DNA of 64,000 nucleotides from Candidatus Altimarinota bacterium (GTDB lineage Bacteria; Patescibacteriota; Gracilibacteria; UBA4473): NCBI GenBank assembly GCA_965231215.1, contig OZ246423.1, positions 672,001 to 736,000 of the forward strand, read 5' to 3'. Shown piece by piece: positions 57,721 to 64,000 of this stretch (position 1 is its first letter; each line of letters starts with the position of its first letter). The notes under the pieces were generated by a model. It saw only the letters and a program-made list of their open reading frames with translations, ran no database searches and was not told where the DNA came from. The position numbers and the translations under genes were made by a program.

Positions 57721-57999
57721 AGCACTAAACGAAACCGCTTGTGGATTTGGTCACGAACATCTTGCTCAGTTTCTTCAGCTTGGTTAAGCCTAAACTCAAA
57801 AAGTGAAGCGGTTTCAGAGTTTTCTTCAACAGCTATGAGTGGGTTATCCGCTTACTACCTCGAGTAAAAACATCCAGGTATTATAGCGGATTTAGGCTGA
57901 AAATTCAATAACACACTTAGGGCAGTTTGTAAGCAAAAACCTTGAAATTGGTTGACATTTTAATATTTTATAATAAAAGGATTAAAATAATTTTTCAAC

Positions 58000-58458
58000 A
58001 TGAGAAAAACTACAATGCTATTAGCTGCTGGAGGCCTTGCTGCTACCGCTGGTTACGGTGGTTACATTAAAACTATGCCCGCTGACCCTAATTTCACCGA
58101 TAAAATTAAAACCGCGTTAAGTTGTGCCGGAAATCCTATTAATAGTGATGGTGTAACAAGGGATAATACGAAAGTCTACAGGAGAGCTGTGAGCGGAGTA
58201 ATAACAATTTCGCATACTATGGCTCAAATGCCTGATGGTAGTGTGCTGTTCTGTAAAGATGGAGCGAAAAGCTCTGTTTGCACTATTGAATCGGCTGACG
58301 GTGGGTTTGATGGAATTCCTGAAGGAACTTTTCAAATGTTGGATAACGGTCAAGAAGTGCCAGGACTTCAAAAAGGTGTAAATCAACATCAGCGAGGCAT
58401 TCGGGCTATGGCTGAAGCCTGCTTAAAGGGTGAGCCAAACTTGGTAAACCAAAACTAG
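58000..58458 (+). CDS. hypothetical secreted/anchored protein
   Basis: N-terminal hydrophobic segment, 4 Cys; TTGACA and TATAAT hexamers upstream. Confidence 0.75.
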   Translation: MRKTTMLLAAGGLAATAGYGGYIKTMPADPNFTDKIKTALSCAGNPINSDGVTRDNTKVYRRAVSGVITISHTMAQMPDGSVLFCKDGAKSSVCTIESADGGFDGIPEGTFQMLDNGQEVPGLQKGVNQHQRGIRAMAEACLKGEPNLVNQN

Positions 58459-59750
58459 CCACCGAAGTAACACCAATTACCGTTTATCGCATTACAAAAA
58501 CTATTAGTTAATTGTGTAATACTTAGTGGTTCATCGCTCCAATCTAATTCATTAGCTTTGTAGAAAAAATTACTCATTCTCATTGAAGCATCACTAAATT
58601 CAGGTCTAATCATGGTAGCCAACCTTCCAAAGTTATCTAAATTTTTAAGACCTGTTTTATCTAGCACTGGATCGAGACTTGTAAATTCTTCCATCAAGGA
58701 ATCAAAATCTGATTGACTCAGTAACTGATTCATCCCCCTGTTTGTCATCGATTGATCTAGCATTTTGTCAATTCTATTGAAGGTGGCCGAGAATTCTGGC
58801 ATTCGACCACTTGGGGCGAATTCAAGTAAATCTGATAAAAATTTGGCCTCCCTAGCTTCTAAGATAAGAGCATCTTCATATTTTAAGTTTGGTATGACTT
58901 TTCGTAAATCCGTTAAAGAAAATTCGTAATTACCAAATCGAACAGGGTCACTTTCCGTTTTAGGCATTCGTTCATGAGCCACCCAAATTTGTACGGCTAG
59001 CCGTACATTTTTAAAAGCTTTATCACCAATCTTAATATCTCGATGGTTAATATTTTGGTCAACATAAGTGGCATTGTCTAAAATTTGTCTTTGGGCATCA
59101 GGGGCACGATGAGGGAAGCGCTGATTATAAGCTTTAGCAAAGTCACCAAAGCTATCAAAACCTAATTCGTTTATAACACCCAATAGACCTTCTTCCTCTA
59201 CAAGATCGCCTCCTGCTTCTGTATTGAAACGACCAATATTTGAGATTTCACCTGATGGATGGACATAATCTAAGGAAATAATGCCATAGTCGGAAGATTG
59301 TAAAACTTTACGAACTGCATTGTATTCGGCTCTTGTACCTATTTTAATTCGCTCTTCACCTCCTTTTTGTTGCGTAGTAACCTCCCTTTTAAGGTTATCT
59401 CTTTCGACCTTAAAAGCCAGGCGGTTCATGTCATCTACACTTTCTCGCCAAGACTCTAAAGCCAAGTAATAGGTTTCCATGGCGAGTCTGGGTTGTGACC
59501 CCCAAACACCATTAACAGACAGCTTTCGGCTAAATACTTGGTTATAGTGTTGAGCAAATATTGGAAGCACTGTTTGTAGGTCATTTCCTTCAAATCCCCA
59601 GCTATTTAGAACACTAATCACATCGGCTTCTTGCTTAGGCGTAAGTTTGCGTGCAGGTAACGAGCCTAAGGCTAAGTTTCCAATTGTAACGCTTGTATTT
59701 TTGGCTTTTGCACTGGCTTTATCGTAGTGGTCGGTAATAGTTTCTGACAT
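58455..59750 (-). CDS. hypothetical protein
   Basis: 431-aa ORF with TATAAT upstream, no recognised motif. Confidence 0.75.
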   Translation of the reverse strand: MSETITDHYDKASAKAKNTSVTIGNLALGSLPARKLTPKQEADVISVLNSWGFEGNDLQTVLPIFAQHYNQVFSRKLSVNGVWGSQPRLAMETYYLALESWRESVDDMNRLAFKVERDNLKREVTTQQKGGEERIKIGTRAEYNAVRKVLQSSDYGIISLDYVHPSGEISNIGRFNTEAGGDLVEEEGLLGVINELGFDSFGDFAKAYNQRFPHRAPDAQRQILDNATYVDQNINHRDIKIGDKAFKNVRLAVQIWVAHERMPKTESDPVRFGNYEFSLTDLRKVIPNLKYEDALILEAREAKFLSDLLEFAPSGRMPEFSATFNRIDKMLDQSMTNRGMNQLLSQSDFDSLMEEFTSLDPVLDKTGLKNLDNFGRLATMIRPEFSDASMRMSNFFYKANELDWSDEPLSITQLTNSFCNAINGNWCYFGG

Positions 59751-59815
59751 AAATTAAAAAACTAAATCTTCAGATTATATCATACTTTAATCAGTTCAAC
59801 AACAAGAGAACTGGC

Positions 59816-59851
59816 AAAAAAACACTCCCAGCTTTCTGGGAGTGTTTTTTT
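59816..59851. terminator. intrinsic terminator (symmetric)
   Basis: A7-CACTCCCAG-CTTT-CTGGGAGTG-T7. Confidence 0.85.
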
Positions 59852-59874
59852 ATTTAGACTTTAGAATTTTTGAA

Positions 59875-60639
59875 TTATCCCTGGTCAGCGTTTGGTCCGC
59901 CTCTTCGATCAGTCCGACGTTGTTGTCGGTCGTCTCGTCTTTCTTTAATTTTGTCAGCTCGTTCTGGGTTTACTTCTCGAATGTTTTCAATCATTCGGTC
60001 AGCTCGTTCTTTGGCTTCCTCTCGTTTGGCTTCGATTTGAGCTTTGGCTTCCTCTTGAGTAATAGTTCCGGCTTCAACCTGAGATTTCATATCTTCTCGG
60101 TAAGCTTTTCGGTCTTCAGCCTGCTCTTTTCTCATTTTTGACTTTTGGTCTTTGTAATCGGCACGAGTTTCGGCACGAGTTTCGGCACGAGCTTCTTTGT
60201 CGCTGGCCCGTTGAGCTTTCATAGCTTCTTTAGCTTCTTCTCTGGTCATTTCTCCAGATTCTACTTTGGATTTGATGTCAGCACGGGCGGCTTTAGAGGC
60301 TTCTCTTCTAGAAAGAGCCTTATCTAAACGGCTTGTCATTTCAGCCGCTCGTTCTGGGTTTTCTTCAGCAATAATAGCAATTCGAGCTTTAATGTTATCT
60401 ACACGAGCTTGGAATCGAGCTTCTTTTTCGGCTCGAAGGGCGGCAATCTTTTCAGCCCATTGGGTGCGAGCTTCTTCTTTCGTAATTTCTCCGGCTTCAA
60501 CCTGGGCTCGAAGTTCAGCTTTTTCAGCCTTAGCGGCTTCAATTTTAGCTTTCCAGTCTTGGTTAGAAGTTTGAGCGAAAGTAAGAACAGGGATCATAAG
60601 CGCAAGAGCCAAAGCGCTAAAAATTTTTGTTGTTTTCAT
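59875..60639 (-). CDS. secreted, highly charged helical repeat protein
   Basis: signal peptide; three VE(A/S)GxxTxEEA repeats; 12-bp RAET tandem repeat near 60160-60190. Confidence 0.8.
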   Translation of the reverse strand: MKTTKIFSALALALMIPVLTFAQTSNQDWKAKIEAAKAEKAELRAQVEAGEITKEEARTQWAEKIAALRAEKEARFQARVDNIKARIAIIAEENPERAAEMTSRLDKALSRREASKAARADIKSKVESGEMTREEAKEAMKAQRASDKEARAETRAETRADYKDQKSKMRKEQAEDRKAYREDMKSQVEAGTITQEEAKAQIEAKREEAKERADRMIENIREVNPERADKIKERRDDRQQRRTDRRGGPNADQG

Positions 60640-60731
60640 TTTTTATTGGGTTAGTGAATGAATGATTAGAAAGAAAACTTTCACCTGATTATACGCACAG
60701 ATAAAAGTTCTCTTTCAAAAAAGTTCAAAAA

Positions 60732-60989
60732 TTAAAGTTCAAGCTCTTCTAATTCATCGATAGCTTCATCAACAGCGGCATCTTCTTCTGTTAGTTCATC
60801 GGCTTCTTGAACCGTTTCTTCCGTTTCTTCTTGAAGGGCTTCTTCGTTTTCATCCTCAACAGGGTCTGTTTCCATAGCTTCTTTCATAGCTTTTTCTACA
60901 GATTCTGGAGTTCGAGGTACTTCAACTGTAGGGGGTTTAATACAGGCTGTAAGCATAAGCGCGATCACTAGGGCAAGAAATTTTTTCAT
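60732..60989 (-). CDS. acidic lipoprotein
   Basis: lipobox LTAC after a signal peptide. Confidence 0.75.
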   Translation of the reverse strand: MKKFLALVIALMLTACIKPPTVEVPRTPESVEKAMKEAMETDPVEDENEEALQEETEETVQEADELTEEDAAVDEAIDELEELEL

Positions 60990-61132
60990 TTTAAAAAAAG
61001 ATTATAAAATCGTGGCTCACTATAGTCCTATTCGGGGTTTCTGCCAAATGAAAGTTGGGTTAAACTAGTTTAACCAAATAATTATGCAGTGATTATTTTA
61101 AAAAAGTGTGGCCTTTTCATGGCGAAGCCAGT

Positions 61133-62293
61133 CTAAAGCTTTTTGAGGACACAAATTTCTCTAGCTACAAAAGCTTCATCTCTTTCATAAAAGAAGGATT
61201 TTTGGCCATTAAACATTGGTACAACTTCAAATCCCGCTTTTTGAGCCATTTCAAAAATATCATCAGCAATACTTATTTTTTTTCGCCCCTGGTTCCAAGC
61301 CGGAAGGCAGAATACCATAGAGCTTACGCTTCTAGACGCTCCAATGTGCTTAAAGAAATGTTTCCAAAGAGTGCTTACTTTTTGGGCATTCAATTGGATA
61401 TCTTGGGTAGCAGGGGTTTGAGTAAAGTTTTCACCAAGGTAACCCTCAGTGACAATAACCGGAAAACTTCCAGTAAATGCTTTATGTTGTAATTTTGTTG
61501 CATCACTCACCAAAAATTCGCCCACTTGAGGGTCATATCTAAATTTCTCGGCCATTTGTGCGAAATTTTCGTGGGATTTCTCAACAAAGCGTGGATTGAT
61601 GTCAGAACCAATAGTTTGATACCCCATTATAGCCGCCTCTATGTTGACCGTACCACTACCACAAAAAGGGTCTATGATGGTTTGTGTAATATCGGCTTGA
61701 GACAAATTGATGAGAATTTGAGCGAGTTTTGGAGGGAGCATACCCATATAGGCGTCTCGGAAACTTTTTTGTCGATCTCTAAGCGTATAGTTCCTGAGGT
61801 TTTGGTTGGCGCAGGTTTCGGCTAACAAAAAAGTATTTTCTTTCTGCCAGATAACAAATTCATGACCTTTTTGCAGTAATCTTCGGTCAAAAATTTGGCC
61901 AGAAGTCATGTTTTTGCCCTGATAATTTTCAATCCGAATTTTTCCAAAATGGTCTTTAGTAGCATAGATGATTTCCGAGAGTAAGTTTTTGCCGCCTCCA
62001 TAAACGGTAAAACCTACTTTAAGTTTTGCGTCTTCTGTGAGGCTCTTCCAGACGGCATTGAGGAGTTCTTTTTTGGAGCTAAATTCTCCTAAAATTTTCC
62101 CGAATCGAATGGTTCCTCCTAGTCTATCCAAAAAGAGTTGATGGCGGTCTCTAGGAATATTTCTGGGATTTTCAAACTTTAGATTTTCACCAATAAAGAG
62201 CGATTTTTCAGGATCTATAAAAACTTCATCACAGAAGTTCTTTAACTCTGCTCGGGAAAGTTCAAAATTACGACCAAGGATAAAAAGATACAT
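61133..62293 (-). CDS. Trm11/TrmG10-like SAM-dependent RNA methyltransferase
   Basis: GMLPPKLAQILINL, DPFCGSGT, GSDI, DAT, VTEGYLG; ATG at 62293. Confidence 0.8.
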   Translation of the reverse strand: MYLFILGRNFELSRAELKNFCDEVFIDPEKSLFIGENLKFENPRNIPRDRHQLFLDRLGGTIRFGKILGEFSSKKELLNAVWKSLTEDAKLKVGFTVYGGGKNLLSEIIYATKDHFGKIRIENYQGKNMTSGQIFDRRLLQKGHEFVIWQKENTFLLAETCANQNLRNYTLRDRQKSFRDAYMGMLPPKLAQILINLSQADITQTIIDPFCGSGTVNIEAAIMGYQTIGSDINPRFVEKSHENFAQMAEKFRYDPQVGEFLVSDATKLQHKAFTGSFPVIVTEGYLGENFTQTPATQDIQLNAQKVSTLWKHFFKHIGASRSVSSMVFCLPAWNQGRKKISIADDIFEMAQKAGFEVVPMFNGQKSFFYERDEAFVAREICVLKKL

Positions 62294-62379
62294 TGTGTGG
62301 TTCGACACTACTTTTTTTTTCAAAAAGCCAAACTAAATTTGGAAAATACAAAAAACTCGGTATAACTCCTTTAGTTTGA

Positions 62380-62454
62380 GCCGCTTTAGCTCAGTGGTAG
62401 AGCGCACCCATGGTAAGGGTGAGGCCCCGAGTTCAATCCTCGGAAGCGGCTCCA
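62380..62454 (+). tRNA. tRNA-Thr(GGT)
   Basis: GCCGCTT/AAGCGGC acceptor, CACCC-ATGGTAA-GGGTG, GTTCAATC, CCA. Confidence 0.95.
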
Positions 62455-62556
62455 TCTTGTTTCACAGCCTCTAGGTTAAGTAGTTTAGATTACTTTGCTG
62501 GTTTTTGATTTTTGAATTTTTGTGTATATTATGGGTGATTGTTAATTTTAAAATTC

Positions 62557-63102
62557 ATGAAAACTTATTGCTGGCTTTCCGTAGCGTTATCCTTTTTTCT
62601 GTTTACAGCTTCGCCTATAGCCTTTGCAGATGCAGAAGAGGATGAAACCACCACTTCCGAAGAAAGAACCGTTCAACTTTCAAACCTTGATGATTCACCA
62701 TATGAGTCTCGAAGATATTTTCACTACCGTCGTGGAAATGATGGCAAAGGATACACGCGGTATGACGGGCGGAGATTTACTACAGGACGAGATGCAGCGG
62801 CGGCGGCTAAATACAGTAAGGGGGCAATAAGAGAACGTCTTAAAATGGCTTTGGGGCTTAAACGAAATTCAAGCCATACTCAAGCCACGGCCGACCACAC
62901 TAACTATTTAGAGGGAGCCGAATATGATCCTCGAAAGTTTTATCACAAAAATAGATTTCAAAAAGGATACACACGATACGAAATCCGTCGCCATTCTAGT
63001 GGAGATTATGTTCGTCGTGGATCTCGATTATTTGAAAACGGAAGAAATAGAGAACCTCTAGATACTTTGGACTACTGGAGAAACTACGGAACCTCTGAGT
63101 AA
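62557..63102 (+). CDS. hypothetical secreted Arg/Tyr-rich protein
   Basis: signal peptide ending AFA; duplicated KGYTRY(D/E)xRR motif. Confidence 0.75.
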   Translation: MKTYCWLSVALSFFLFTASPIAFADAEEDETTTSEERTVQLSNLDDSPYESRRYFHYRRGNDGKGYTRYDGRRFTTGRDAAAAAKYSKGAIRERLKMALGLKRNSSHTQATADHTNYLEGAEYDPRKFYHKNRFQKGYTRYEIRRHSSGDYVRRGSRLFENGRNREPLDTLDYWRNYGTSE

Positions 63103-63259
63103 GTAATTGGAGAGGTTTCATTTTGCTTTAGGCCGAAACTTTTCCTTTATTAAGTTTTACTTCCTCCTAAAAGCACCTTCGGTTTTTTGTTTTTGGACGG
63201 TTAAATTATTATAAAAATCTCGTGACTTTTGCAGCGGGGTTTTTATCATCTGGATACTG

Positions 63260-64000
63260 ATGAAGAAGATTCTTATTACTGGTGGTGCAGGGTTTATAGG
63301 GAGCAATTTTGTGCGGCATATTTTACAAAATCGAGAGTATGAAATTGTAAACCTAGATAAGCTCACTTACGCTGGAAACTTGGAAAACTTGAGAGAAATT
63401 CAAGACGAGCCAAACTACAAATTTGTAAAAGGATGTATTGCTGATAAGGCCTTTATGCGAGATTTATTTGAGACAGAAAGATTTGATGGAGTTATTAATT
63501 TTGCCGCAGAAACCCATGTAGATAGATCTATTGAAGATTCTTCCCCCTTCATTGATACCAACATTGTGGGGACGCACGTTTTGCTGGAACTTGCCCGTGA
63601 ATTTGAATGTGCCAAATATCACCAAGTTTCTACCGATGAAGTGTATGGAGATCTGGGAGATGGGTCTACTCATTATTTTACTGAAAACACCCCCCTAAAC
63701 CCAAATTGTCCGTATGCAGCAGCCAAAACTTCAGGCGATATTTTGGTTCAATCTTGGCAAGAAACTTATAAAATGCACACCATCATTACCCGATGTTCTA
63801 ATAACTACGGCCCCTATCAGTTTCCAGAAAAATTGATCCCATTTTTTCTGTTTAAAGCCATGAATGATGAAGTTTTACCCCTTTATGGAGATGGGCAAAA
63901 TATTCGAGACTGGCTGTATGTACTCGATCATTGTGAGGCTATCTTGCTGGCGTTTGAAAAAAGCCCAGCCGGAGAAATCTGGAACATTGGAGGCCATAAT
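63260..64000 (+). CDS. rfbB: dTDP-glucose 4,6-dehydratase (runs off window end)
   Basis: MKKILITGGAGFIGSNF, LDKLTYAGN, FAAETHVDRSI, STDEVYG, YAAAK, NNYGPYQFPEKLIP; not in the supplied ORF track. Confidence 0.96.
   Translation, partial: MKKILITGGAGFIGSNFVRHILQNREYEIVNLDKLTYAGNLENLREIQDEPNYKFVKGCIADKAFMRDLFETERFDGVINFAAETHVDRSIEDSSPFIDTNIVGTHVLLELAREFECAKYHQVSTDEVYGDLGDGSTHYFTENTPLNPNCPYAAAKTSGDILVQSWQETYKMHTIITRCSNNYGPYQFPEKLIPFFLFKAMNDEVLPLYGDGQNIRDWLYVLDHCEAILLAFEKSPAGEIWNIGGHN

Noticed and set aside
57304-57999. tmRNA next to smpB
   Set aside because: No tRNA-Ala-like ends or tag frame found; the region is explained by tRNA-Asn and a recombinase remnant.
1-64000. Whole-genome use of genetic code 25
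   Set aside because: Conserved genes have no in-frame TGA, and three ATGA stop/start overlaps use TGA as stop.

Overview
A 64-kb stretch of an AT-rich bacterial chromosome read with genetic code 11 (TGA is a rare stop, mostly in ATGA overlaps). The gene content suggests a Patescibacteria/CPR organism, possibly Gracilibacteria/Peregrinibacteria-related; that assignment is inference. Most of the window is housekeeping: metG, pheT, uvrB, a 2-oxoacid:flavodoxin oxidoreductase operon, an RND pump, Elp3, rpmB, ruvC, murJ, alaS, dprA, pyrF, fusA, rfbD/rfbB, dnaG, smpB, RNase P RNA and tRNA-Tyr/Asn/Thr. It also has a partial TrpR-regulated trpE-trpG-trpD cluster. The standout is a ~3.9-kb islet at a broken tRNA-Tyr gene (21080-24981). 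It carries a second, intact tRNA-Tyr, an orphan gene and a ~894-aa gene split by a 4-nt deletion. That gene has 11 near-identical 99-bp/33-aa tandem repeats with a hypervariable residue pair in the predicted inter-helix loop, followed by a weakly sigma70-like C-terminus. It is a candidate new TALE/mTERF-like modular DNA-binding protein. Other oddities are an in-frame palindromic insertion in trpD, a diverged duplicate of the trpG 5' end, a small ORF with an in-frame TGA, and a serine-recombinase remnant reading into tRNA-Asn.
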